Shown here: one piece after another, positions 29,630-38,908 of the stretch
Position numbering within the stretch: the stretch's first letter is position 1
Layout: every line of letters begins with the position of its first letter
Origin: Candidatus Gastranaerophilales bacterium
GTDB taxonomy: Bacteria; Cyanobacteriota; Vampirovibrionia; Gastranaerophilales; Gastranaerophilaceae
DNA length: 64,000 nt
Assembly (NCBI GenBank): GCA_944324835.1
Contig: CALUXV010000004.1
Coordinates: 763 to 64,762, forward strand
Direction of reading: 5' to 3'
Notes under the pieces: model-generated
Database searches by the model: none
Told to the model about the DNA's origin: nothing
What the model saw: the letters and a program-made list of their open reading frames with translations, nothing else
Translations under genes and position numbers: made by a program

Positions 29630-31273
29630 ATGGAAATAGTTGAAGAGATAAAGAAAGCATTAGAATATACCAAACAAAGAAAGTACAAAAAAGCTGAAAC
29701 AATTTATAAAGAACTTTTAAAAAAAGACCCCCAAAATGAATCCGTTATTTCTTTTTTAGGCCTTTTGTACTTTAACCAAATGAATTATAAAAAAGCTGAA
29801 AAATATTTAGAAAAAGCTTATCAATTAGCAAATTCTCCTACAGTACTTTCTTATGTTGGCATAACAAAATTTTTACTAACAAAATATAAAGCAGCAATAC
29901 CTTATTTAGAGGAAGCTTTAATACAGGAAAAGAAACCGGAAATATATAGGGCATTGGTTATTTCCTGTGCATTTTCAAGACAAAATGAAAAATGCTATAA
30001 CTATGCAATAGAAGCTCATAAATTATATCCGTTTGATGAAACTATTCTGAGAGAATTATCTTACATTTGTATTGTAAGAGGTTTTTTTAATGATGCTATT
30101 TTATATTCTCAAAAATTATTTAAATTAAATCCAAAATCCGCTGATTTTTGGTTTAATACAGGACTTTTAAACGAAATTTTGTATAATAATGAAGAAAAAG
30201 CCAGAGAATGTTATCGAAAGATGGCAAAATGCGGAGATAAAAGCGGTTCATATTTAAATCTTGCAATAAGCTATGCAAAAGATTCTAAATATCGAAAAAA
30301 AGTATATTATTATTTAAAACAAACAGAAAAATTTAATCCCAATAAAATAGGTTTAAATTTTATGTTCGCATCATATTATCTTTCAAGGAGAAAATTTAAA
30401 CGAGGGTATAAATATTATATAATACCAAATATTTCATCTCAGGATGATAAAGACTGGTATTCCAGATTTAAAAATCCCTGGAAAGGAGAATCTTCTTTAA
30501 GCAATACATTGTTTGTATACGGAGATCAAGGATTAGGAGATCAAATACAATTCATAAGATACTTACCTGACATAAGTAAAAAATTTAAAAAATTAAAAAT
30601 AATGGTTAAACCATCATTAATAAAATTATTTAGTCAAACATTTCCGGAATATGAATTTTATCCCGCAGATAAAAATTTCCCTAGATATGATAAATATTTG
30701 TTTTTGGCACAAGCACCGTATTATCTTAATAAACGATTTAACAATATCCCATTAACAAACGGTTATTTAAAAACTGATAACAAAAAAGTTCAAGAATATA
30801 AATCAAAATATTTTAATACAGAAAAAATAAAAATCGGAATATGCTGGGAAGCAGGAGCAACAGGACTGAGAGACCAGATTCATAGGACTTTGAATATTGA
30901 ATTATTTGAACAAATAATTCAACTGAATAAATCAAAAGTATATTCTTTTCAGGTTAATCCATCATTAGATAATTATAAAAAATATAAAAACTTAACTGAT
31001 TTAGGCGAAACTTTTTCAGATTTTGATGATACAGCTGCAGCATTAAAAAATATTGATTTATTAATCACTGTTGATACTTCTATCGCACACCTTGCAGGAG
31101 CATTAGGGATAAAAACTTTTTTGATTCTTCCATATTGTTCTGACTGGCGCTGGTTTGACAATACAGAAACAACTGAATGGTATGATTCTGTTAAAATCTT
31201 CAAACAAAATATTAATGAAACTTGGGATAAAGTTTTTGAAAGACTATACGATTCTATTTGTACACTTACCTGA
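29630..31273 (+). CDS. TPR-repeat + GT9-like glycosyltransferase, paralogue 2
   Basis: 547 aa. Same architecture as paralogue 1 ('GICWEAGA', 'DTSIAHLAGALGIKTFLILPYCSDWRWF'). Confidence 0.65.
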   Translation: MEIVEEIKKALEYTKQRKYKKAETIYKELLKKDPQNESVISFLGLLYFNQMNYKKAEKYLEKAYQLANSPTVLSYVGITKFLLTKYKAAIPYLEEALIQEKKPEIYRALVISCAFSRQNEKCYNYAIEAHKLYPFDETILRELSYICIVRGFFNDAILYSQKLFKLNPKSADFWFNTGLLNEILYNNEEKARECYRKMAKCGDKSGSYLNLAISYAKDSKYRKKVYYYLKQTEKFNPNKIGLNFMFASYYLSRRKFKRGYKYYIIPNISSQDDKDWYSRFKNPWKGESSLSNTLFVYGDQGLGDQIQFIRYLPDISKKFKKLKIMVKPSLIKLFSQTFPEYEFYPADKNFPRYDKYLFLAQAPYYLNKRFNNIPLTNGYLKTDNKKVQEYKSKYFNTEKIKIGICWEAGATGLRDQIHRTLNIELFEQIIQLNKSKVYSFQVNPSLDNYKKYKNLTDLGETFSDFDDTAAALKNIDLLITVDTSIAHLAGALGIKTFLILPYCSDWRWFDNTETTEWYDSVKIFKQNINETWDKVFERLYDSICTLT

Positions 31274-32254
31274 TACGCAGTTTTTTATATTATTAAATGT
31301 TGTTTCAAGAATAGTATTAACTGCATGAAATGTGTTATACGCAATATGAGGAGTTACAAGAACATTTGGTTCTGCAATAAGTTTTTGATTAACTATAGCA
31401 CTGTTAAGGCAATCACACGTAGCGTCTTTTATATTTGTCAAAAAATCATCGGGATACATATTAAGATTTTCGCATTCTAAAACATCAAGTGCAGCTCCGG
31501 CAACTTTTTTTGAACGGATAGCTTTATAAAGTGCCGTATTATCAATTAATTCTCCCCGTGAAGTATTAATAAGATATACTCCATCCATCATTATTTCAAA
31601 TTCTTTATCAGAAATCATGTGATAGACATCCGGTATCAAAGGTATATGGAGAGTAATTATATTGGAATGTTTATATAATTCTTCCAACGAAACATATTCC
31701 ACAAAATTCACTATTTCAAGATTTTTTTTGCAATCATAAGCAAAAATATGCATGTTAAACATATTAGCAATTTTACATACCGCAGCCCCGATTGAACCTG
31801 TCCCGATAACTCCAAGAGTCATCTCAGTAAGATCATATCCGGTATATTTGTCGAACATAATTTTTTCAATTTGAAAATCCTTCATTGCAGGAGCCATATT
31901 TCTAATAAGAGCAATCATTGCACAAATTGTATACTGGCTTACGGAATATTTACCATAACCGTCAACATTCACAACCGCTATATTTCTATCCTGGCAAGCA
32001 TCAATATTTATATGGTTATAACCGGTTGAACGGGTTGCAATAATCCGGAGATTTTTAAATTTATTTATGACTTTATCTGTAACTTGTGATGACACAAATA
32101 CACTTAAAACCTCCGTTTCATTTAGTTCTTCCTCTGTTAGTTCTGTATTTTCATTTAAATTGTGCTTGAAAAAGGTTATATCAAATCCGGTACAAACATG
32201 TGTTTCAAAATATTTTTTCTCGGATTCACGATAATCAAAAAATAGCATTTTCAT
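31244..32254 (-). CDS. D-isomer-specific 2-hydroxyacid dehydrogenase family protein
   Basis: 336 aa. 'GVIGTGSIGAAV', 'NTSRGELID', 'VTPHIAY'. Its 3' end overlaps the convergent gene by 30 nt. Confidence 0.85.
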   Translation of the reverse strand: MKMLFFDYRESEKKYFETHVCTGFDITFFKHNLNENTELTEEELNETEVLSVFVSSQVTDKVINKFKNLRIIATRSTGYNHINIDACQDRNIAVVNVDGYGKYSVSQYTICAMIALIRNMAPAMKDFQIEKIMFDKYTGYDLTEMTLGVIGTGSIGAAVCKIANMFNMHIFAYDCKKNLEIVNFVEYVSLEELYKHSNIITLHIPLIPDVYHMISDKEFEIMMDGVYLINTSRGELIDNTALYKAIRSKKVAGAALDVLECENLNMYPDDFLTNIKDATCDCLNSAIVNQKLIAEPNVLVTPHIAYNTFHAVNTILETTFNNIKNCVSGKCTNRIV

Positions 32255-32412
32255 AAATTATTATCTCCTATATTAATGAAAGTATTTAAAAATATCAGAA
32301 AAAATTCTATTGTCCTGGAAGCTAATAAATATATTAATTAAATAGCTTGTAAGCATAATGTAATTTAAAAAAATAATTGTATTGTATAAATACTTACTGA
32401 AAGGAGCAATCA

Positions 32413-32889
32413 ATGAAACATGATTTAATGATAAGAGAACCGGAATTATATTTTGATAATATACATAATGAATTAAATAATTTTTTACGTGATACTATTC
32501 TGAATCCGATGTTTTCAAATCCTTTATCCCTTAAAAAAAATTCTGTTTGGCGGCCGGCTGTTGAAGTTAAACAGTCTGATAAAGAATATAAAGTCAAAGT
32601 TCAGCTTCCCGGAGTAAAAAAAGATGATATAGAAGTTGAATTAGATAATGATTTTTTAACAATTACTGCCAAAATAGAAGAAGATAAAGAGTTAAAAGAA
32701 GAAAATGATAAAAACTTAAGATATCATACTTGTGAATTCAGATATGGTAAATATCAAAGAACAATTTCTTTTGATAATCCAATAAAAATTTCTGAAAGTA
32801 GTGCAAAATATGATAACGGCATATTAACAATACATATTCCCAAACAACAAATTGAAGAAAGCAAAGCGAAACGCTTAGAAATCAAATAA
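32413..32889 (+). CDS. Small heat-shock protein, Hsp20/alpha-crystallin family
   Basis: 158 aa. 'WRPAVEVKQSDKEYKVKVQLPGVKKDDIEVELDNDFLTITA' and 'GILTIHIPK'. SD AAGGAG. Confidence 0.9.
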   Translation: MKHDLMIREPELYFDNIHNELNNFLRDTILNPMFSNPLSLKKNSVWRPAVEVKQSDKEYKVKVQLPGVKKDDIEVELDNDFLTITAKIEEDKELKEENDKNLRYHTCEFRYGKYQRTISFDNPIKISESSAKYDNGILTIHIPKQQIEESKAKRLEIK

Positions 32890-33126
32890 TTTGATACTAA
32901 TTATTTTTGAAAGGAGATGATTTTTATCCATTAAGCTCAGAGTATTATATATCAATGAATTTGGCCTGCAAGTCAAATAGGCTTCAGCCGGCCGGTCAAA
33001 ATAAGACAAAAATCCATCTGATAATAAACTCTGTCCCGAAATCTGAGAGATAGATTCCCGGAGGTGCTTGATATTTGGTTTCTCTGCGTTATATACAATA
33101 CCGCTGCCAGAGATGGTTTACGCGGT

Positions 33127-33154
33127 AGAGGGCGGGTCGGTCCGCCCTCTTTTA
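33127..33154 (+). terminator. GC-rich intrinsic terminator 240 nt downstream of hsp20 and 74 nt upstream of the WYL gene pair
   Basis: 9-bp stem agagggcgg / ccgccctct (33127-33135 / 33142-33150) with loop gtcggt, then TTT. Confidence 0.8.
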
Positions 33155-33227
33155 ATATAAATATTAGATAAAGATGTAGGTTTTTTATTTTTTTTTATGG
33201 TATCCTAGATTAGTAAAAGAGGTATCC

Positions 33228-34154
33228 ATGTTTAAATTTGATGAACAATGTAATCCAAGGCAAATATCATTAACCGGTGTAAGAGCTATTGTTCTTCTTG
33301 CATTATTAAATATTAAGCCTTGCTCATTTGAAGAAATAAAAGAATTTTTAATTCAAAGCAATATTGTAACCAGAGAATATTCTATTGATACAATTAGAAT
33401 TGATTTAAATACTTTGAAATATATTGGTTGTGATATATCAAAAGCAACCAAAAGAACTAATAATACATATATTCTGCGTTCACATCCATTCCAGCTGGAA
33501 CTGTCAGAAGATGATGTGAATGTTTTAGCTAAAATATACAAAGGTATTTATAAAAATCTTGGTATCGATAGACTTCTGGAATACGACAATTTATTTGAAA
33601 AATTATCAGACATCGTAAAAGATGAAAAAATAAAAGAAGCATTAAAAGGAATTTCTATTTTAAAAGGGCTTGATAAACAACTTATTCAAGAACTTTTAAG
33701 TGATTCACGCAAACATACAAGATTAACAATATCCTATTTATCAGGCAGTACTAAAGCTACAGAATATGATATTACTATTGAAAAACTTGGTTTTAGAAGC
33801 GATAAATTATACATTTATTGTTTTAACCATACGATTAATAAAAGAACGTTTCTGAATTTCTCACGATTACAAAAAGTTCTATTAAGACAATTACGTAGCG
33901 AAAATATTAAGTCAGATGATGTAATTGTTGAATTTAATTTGAAAAATCATAGTAATTATTTATTGGAAGAAGATGAAGAAATTATTAGTAAAAAAGATAA
34001 TACTGCAACTATTCGTGGTAAGTATTATACAGATTTCATTGCACTTCAAAGAATTTTGTCATTTGGTCCTGACTGCGTAATTCTTTCTCCAGAAGGACTA
34101 AAAGAACAATTAATTGAAAAATTAAAAAGTATGAGGGGTCAATATCATGGCTAA
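33228..34154 (+). CDS. HTH-WYL-WCX transcriptional regulator (PafB/PafC-like), copy 1
   Basis: 308 aa. N-terminal winged-helix region; central WYL-like block 'RLTISYLSGSTKATEYDITIEKLGFRSDKLYIYCFNHTINKRTFLNFSRL'; C-terminal 'ILSFGPDCVILSPEGLKEQL'. Confidence 0.75.
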   Translation: MFKFDEQCNPRQISLTGVRAIVLLALLNIKPCSFEEIKEFLIQSNIVTREYSIDTIRIDLNTLKYIGCDISKATKRTNNTYILRSHPFQLELSEDDVNVLAKIYKGIYKNLGIDRLLEYDNLFEKLSDIVKDEKIKEALKGISILKGLDKQLIQELLSDSRKHTRLTISYLSGSTKATEYDITIEKLGFRSDKLYIYCFNHTINKRTFLNFSRLQKVLLRQLRSENIKSDDVIVEFNLKNHSNYLLEEDEEIISKKDNTATIRGKYYTDFIALQRILSFGPDCVILSPEGLKEQLIEKLKSMRGQYHG

Positions 34155-35007
34155 AAGATTGTCAAAAGTTAATGCTGCATCTTTAAAAGTTCTATACACT
34201 TTACAATTACTTTTTGAAAGAGATCTTTCAATGCCTGATTTAATAAAATATTATGAACTTTATCATAACGAACTTCATTCTAATTTTGTAATGAGTAAAT
34301 ATATAAATACTTGCAGGTATTGCGGTATTGATATAAAAAAGATTAATAATAAGTATACTATAGTAAATTTTCCAATAGGAGCAGGGTTTTCTTCTAATGA
34401 AATATCTTTATTTCAAGAATTGAAAAATTGCTGTGAAAGAATGAAACTGCAAAATTTATCAGAGAAAATGGATAATCTTTTAACAAAAGTTATTAAACGT
34501 GCAGAACGCCCTGTAAATCCTGTATCATCAGCATTTATCAAAGATAGTAAAATTCGTAATTTTGAGAAAGCTTGTCTTTCTTCACAACGAATAAAAATAT
34601 TTTTTAATGATGATACTGCATACGCTTGTGACCCTATAGATATTACTATAAAAGAAGATCAAGTAATATTAATAATATTTGATGGAAAAGATTCTGTTGA
34701 ATTATCACCTAATGATATTAAACAAATTAAGCTATTGCCTCAGAAAACAAAAAATGTATTTATGCCGACAACAGCTGTTTATGAGTTAAAAGGAAAACTT
34801 GCAAAAAATTATCAAATTAGAGAACACGAGCAAATTTTAAGAATAAATAGCAACGGTGATTTGGTTATTACAAACAAATACGAAGACAAAACTAAATTGC
34901 TTCATAGGCTAATGCGTTACGGTGATAATTGTTTGGTAGTATCACCTCAATCATTCGTAAATGATATGCAATCTCTTATTGATGAAACATTGAAAAACTA
35001 TGCTTAA
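34147..35007 (+). CDS. HTH-WYL-like-WCX regulator, copy 2 (more divergent)
   Basis: 286 aa. Overlaps copy 1 by 8 nt (ATGGCTAA). C-terminal 'RLMRYGDNCLVVSPQSFVNDMQSLI'; central beta-rich block 'RIKIFFNDDTAYACDPIDITIKEDQVILIIFDG'. Confidence 0.6.
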   Translation: MAKRLSKVNAASLKVLYTLQLLFERDLSMPDLIKYYELYHNELHSNFVMSKYINTCRYCGIDIKKINNKYTIVNFPIGAGFSSNEISLFQELKNCCERMKLQNLSEKMDNLLTKVIKRAERPVNPVSSAFIKDSKIRNFEKACLSSQRIKIFFNDDTAYACDPIDITIKEDQVILIIFDGKDSVELSPNDIKQIKLLPQKTKNVFMPTTAVYELKGKLAKNYQIREHEQILRINSNGDLVITNKYEDKTKLLHRLMRYGDNCLVVSPQSFVNDMQSLIDETLKNYA

Positions 35008-35648
35008 AATTTATTTCCAAGTTTTTCCAGTGAAATAACCTCATCAAATTCTTTGCGATATTTATTTAATGGTTGCTTTTCTTTTTCATATCCAAGTGTA
35101 AGCATTGTGATTATACAATGTTTGTCATTTAAATTTAGTTTATCTTTAACTTGTTTATATATATCAGGTGCAAATTTTGTAACTTCATTTCCTAATGCTC
35201 CAATTACGCAGCATCCTACACCATATTTTTCTGCCTCTAGAGTCATATATGCAATTGCATATGTAACTTGTTCTACAGAACGCAGCAATGTTGTTGCATC
35301 ACCTAAAAGAGGCGGATAATAAACAGGTATTGTCATAATATTATCAATCGCTTCTTCTTTCATTCCCCTGGATTTAAGAACTTTTCCGAAAACATCTTTA
35401 GACCATGCATTATTATCAGCAATACAAACAATAACTGTATCAGCCATTCTTACATGCGGCTGGTTGTTTGACAATTTTGATAATAAATCTTTTGTCTCTT
35501 GATTTTTTACAACAATAAACTGCCATGTCTGTGAATTCATCCAAGAAGGAGCAAGCCGTCCTGCATTTAAAATACCTTTTAACACATCATCGGATATAGG
35601 TTTATCCGAATATTGCCTTACACTCTTTCTTGTTTCTATTAAATTCAT
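35004..35648 (-). CDS. Nitroreductase family protein
   Basis: 'TRKSVRQYSDKPISDDVLKGILNAGRLAPSWMNSQTWQFIVV'. I chose the ATG at 35648 (SD GAAGAGGGG upstream) rather than the 35687 start in the ORF track. Confidence 0.85.
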   Translation of the reverse strand: MNLIETRKSVRQYSDKPISDDVLKGILNAGRLAPSWMNSQTWQFIVVKNQETKDLLSKLSNNQPHVRMADTVIVCIADNNAWSKDVFGKVLKSRGMKEEAIDNIMTIPVYYPPLLGDATTLLRSVEQVTYAIAYMTLEAEKYGVGCCVIGALGNEVTKFAPDIYKQVKDKLNLNDKHCIITMLTLGYEKEKQPLNKYRKEFDEVISLEKLGNKF

Positions 35649-35723
35649 ATTATACCCCTCTTCTTGTGATGAATCCGGCAAAAGCAATACCGGCTCATCA
35701 CAATTATAGAGTATAAATTATTT

Positions 35724-36395
35724 TTAAACAATACCTTCTTTGACAGCTTTAACTGCTGCTTGAACACGATCATTTACACACATTTTTTGTAAAATAGAGC
35801 AAACATGAGCTTTTGCAGTATGAACACTTACAATTAATTCTTTTGCAATTTCAGTATTACTTTTTCCTGATACAAGATGTTTAAGTACCTCATATTCACG
35901 CTCTGTCAGAGGAATTTTATTATCATTTTGCGATTTGTTATTTAAAAGAACCATTTTGTCTTGTTTTGGAAATGAACGTAAAACTTTTTCCGCAATTTCC
36001 GCATCCAGCCAGCATACACCATTCGCAACATCCCTAATGACATCTGATAGCTTAATAGGGTCAATATCTTTTAAGCAATATGCATTTGCCCCGGCACTAA
36101 GTACAGCAATAACTTCCTCTTCTCTATCATGAGAAGTTAAAGCTATTATTTTGATATCTTTATTTGTTTCACGCAGCTTCAGTATTGCTTCTATACCGTT
36201 CATTCCCGGTAAGCCCAAATCCATCAGGACTACTTGGGGTTTCAATTGTTCAATAAGCCGTAGCCCTTCTATTGCAGTTTCACTTTCTCCTACAACATTT
36301 ATATCCTTATTTTCATTTAATGCACACCTTAGCCCGACTCTTGTTAATTTAAAATCCTCAACAATAATGACTTTAATTTCTTCTGTTCCAATCAT
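35724..36395 (-). CDS. Response regulator, NarL/FixJ family (REC + LuxR-type HTH); no cognate kinase in the window
   Basis: 223 aa. 'VLMDLGLPGMNG' and 'LTEREYEVLKHLVSGKSNTEIAKELIVSVHTAKAHV'. SD AAGGAG. Confidence 0.9.
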   Translation of the reverse strand: MIGTEEIKVIIVEDFKLTRVGLRCALNENKDINVVGESETAIEGLRLIEQLKPQVVLMDLGLPGMNGIEAILKLRETNKDIKIIALTSHDREEEVIAVLSAGANAYCLKDIDPIKLSDVIRDVANGVCWLDAEIAEKVLRSFPKQDKMVLLNNKSQNDNKIPLTEREYEVLKHLVSGKSNTEIAKELIVSVHTAKAHVCSILQKMCVNDRVQAAVKAVKEGIV

Positions 36396-36505
36396 AGGTA
36401 ATCTCTCCTTATTAATTTGACATGTAAATTAAATTATATTCACAAAGGATAGTATATTACCCAGTCAGGTATTTTTTACTTATATTAATCTTCAAAGTAA
36501 AAATA

Positions 36506-37477
36506 TTAAAGTGAAAATACTCGCTTATACGTAGTTTTAAAGAATTTCCTCAAAACATGTGCAGTTTCAATAAATATAATACCCAGATAAGGAATCGTAC
36601 AAAGTTTCGTCCAATAACAACCTGCATTTTCTGAAATTGCACGATTGATAAATTCGTTCAAACTTATTGTAAAATCGTGTCCGCGAAAATAAGCAGATCT
36701 CAATTGAGGATAATTAATCAAATTATACATAAATTTTGAATACATAGAGTGATTCATATACTGCTTGAAAAATTTATTAAACGCAATTATTTCTTCATAA
36801 TTTGGTTTAATATCTTCACGGCCATAGGTTCTATAACGTAAAAGTTTATTACTTCTAAAGATAATTGCACCATCATCATCTTTCATTGTATTAGCAACAA
36901 AAGGCTTATCTCCGATTCCTCCAAACTGACCATAATATTTCATATCAAATACATGTTCTCTAAGATTTTGAGTTTTGTATACAGTAGGAGAAAATACATA
37001 TCTTTGCATACGATATAAATAGTTTGCAAATGTTCTCTTATCAGAACAATAATCAAATCTTTTAGATGCTTTTTTCCAATCTTTATTAGTAGGATTTGAC
37101 CAGCCCTGATGATGCGTTGAAACAATTGCCGTATTAGGGAATTTGTTTATGGCAGAAATTGCATACTCAACATAATCCGGATGCATAACATCAAAATCAT
37201 GAAACATAATAACAAATTCTGTTTTAGTCATATCAATCGCTTTTTTAAAAACTTCGACTTTTTCATCTGTATATTCATGCCAGAAGTAATGAAGATTAGG
37301 ATGAGTTTTACTCATTTCATATATCATATCACCCGTTCCGTCAGAACTTCCTATATCCATAACAGTTATATTAATATCGCCGATTGACTGGTTTAAAAGA
37401 CTTGTTACCGCATCTTTCAGATAATCTTTTCTATTACTTGTAAAAATAAATGCCTCAATATTTTCTTTTGTATACAT
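36506..37477 (-). CDS. Glycosyltransferase family 2-like
   Basis: 323 aa. N-terminal 'FIFTSNRKDYLKDAVTSLLNQS...ITVMDIGSSDGT' matches the GT-A/GT2 pattern. Confidence 0.7.
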   Translation of the reverse strand: MYTKENIEAFIFTSNRKDYLKDAVTSLLNQSIGDINITVMDIGSSDGTGDMIYEMSKTHPNLHYFWHEYTDEKVEVFKKAIDMTKTEFVIMFHDFDVMHPDYVEYAISAINKFPNTAIVSTHHQGWSNPTNKDWKKASKRFDYCSDKRTFANYLYRMQRYVFSPTVYKTQNLREHVFDMKYYGQFGGIGDKPFVANTMKDDDGAIIFRSNKLLRYRTYGREDIKPNYEEIIAFNKFFKQYMNHSMYSKFMYNLINYPQLRSAYFRGHDFTISLNEFINRAISENAGCYWTKLCTIPYLGIIFIETAHVLRKFFKTTYKRVFSL

Positions 37478-37548
37478 ATAATCCTCACTTGAGATTAATT
37501 ATACCATTAAAATCCATGATATAATATAAAAGGTTTTGAAGGATAGTT

Positions 37549-38262
37549 ATGAAAAAATTACTTTATGAATTAAAAAATAACTATAATGCTGCCGGATTAA
37601 AAGCAGAGTTTGAATCAGAAGGAGCTTCATACGAAGAAGTTGAAGAATTAAAGCAGCTATCATTACAATCCGGGCTTCCTCTAACCTTAAAAATTGGAGG
37701 CTGCGGAGCTTTAAGAGATATGATTAACGCAAAAAAAATAGGTGTTAATGCAATTGTTGCCCCAATGATTGAATCTAAATATGCCCTTAATAAATTTATA
37801 CAAACTTATAGAACTGTATACAAAGAATTTAATATTGATTTATATATAAACATTGAAACAGAAACAGGATACAAAAATCTTGATGAAATAATTTCCGACA
37901 ATGATTTTAAATATATAAAAGGCATTGTATTCGGAAGAGGAGATATGGCAGAATCTATTGGAATACAAAATTGCGAAGACATAAAACTTTTAAATATCGG
38001 GAAAACAATACGAGAAAAAATTCAAGATAAAGAACTTATCACCGGCGGGAAAATCTCATCAGAATCATTATCGTTTTTAAAAGAAATATCTACAGATAAA
38101 TTTGAAACACGAAAAATCATTTTTAACAAAAATGCTACAGAAGAAAGCATTAAAAAAGCAATCGAATTTGAACTTAGCTGGGTAAAACATAACAACCCTG
38201 AGAACATTAAAAGAATATTAGAACTGGAAAAAAGAAGGGGAGTACTCCATAATGTATCATAA
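37549..38262 (+). CDS. TIM-barrel aldolase/lyase-like protein (HpcH/HpaI-type suspected)
   Basis: 237 aa. 'GVNAIVAPMIES' and 'GIVFGRGDMAESIG' look like HpcH/HpaI-type segments. The assignment is tentative. Confidence 0.4.
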   Translation: MKKLLYELKNNYNAAGLKAEFESEGASYEEVEELKQLSLQSGLPLTLKIGGCGALRDMINAKKIGVNAIVAPMIESKYALNKFIQTYRTVYKEFNIDLYINIETETGYKNLDEIISDNDFKYIKGIVFGRGDMAESIGIQNCEDIKLLNIGKTIREKIQDKELITGGKISSESLSFLKEISTDKFETRKIIFNKNATEESIKKAIEFELSWVKHNNPENIKRILELEKRRGVLHNVS

Positions 38263-38908
38263 TTATATTTTTGACCTTGACGGAACAATCATAAATTCCT
38301 CTAAAGAAGTACTTCTATGTTTTGAAAAGGCATTTGAAAAAGCGAACTATAAAATCGACAAATCAAGACTGACCCCCAACGTTATAGGCCCGCCTCTAAA
38401 TGAAATTATCAAACTTATTGCACCTGACATTCAAGAAACGGATGTAAATATAGTAGTAGAATACTTTAGAGAGCTGTATGATTTTGAAGAAAATGATATC
38501 AGCGAATTTTATCAAGGAATACCGGAAGTTTTAACAATACTAAAAAATAGAAATAAAAAGCTGTTTATCGCAACATACAAGCCGGAAAAACCAACAATGA
38601 GAATTATTAAACAATTTAAACTTGATAAATTTGATGATATTTATACAATTGATAAATTCGGAAAACACATTACTAAAACAGAAATGATTAATGATATTAT
38701 TGAAAAATATAGTTTAAATAAATCCGAAACCATGATGATAGGCGATGCCCCATCTGATGTTATCTGTGCAAAAGAAGCCGGAGTTCTTGCAGTTGGAGCA
38801 TTATGGGGCTATGGAGAAAACAAAGAACCATTAATTAAAAATTCTGATATTGTTATAAACTCCGCAAACGAAATACTAGAAATTAAAGAAAGGTTAGCCA
38901 ATGTCTAA
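38252..38908 (+). CDS. HAD-superfamily hydrolase (phosphatase)
   Basis: 218 aa. Motif I 'FDLDGTI' and motif IV 'GDAPSD'. Overlaps the upstream gene by 11 nt. Confidence 0.85.
   Translation: MYHNYIFDLDGTIINSSKEVLLCFEKAFEKANYKIDKSRLTPNVIGPPLNEIIKLIAPDIQETDVNIVVEYFRELYDFEENDISEFYQGIPEVLTILKNRNKKLFIATYKPEKPTMRIIKQFKLDKFDDIYTIDKFGKHITKTEMINDIIEKYSLNKSETMMIGDAPSDVICAKEAGVLAVGALWGYGENKEPLIKNSDIVINSANEILEIKERLANV

Noticed and set aside
33030-33120. TPP, purine or guanidine-III riboswitch resemblance (ctgagag, gatatttggtttct, cccggaggtgc)
   Set aside because: These are isolated word matches only. The partner elements (ACCTGATCTGGATAATGCCAGCG for TPP, the P2/P3 stems for purine, the CGA insert and pseudoknot for ykkC-III) are absent.
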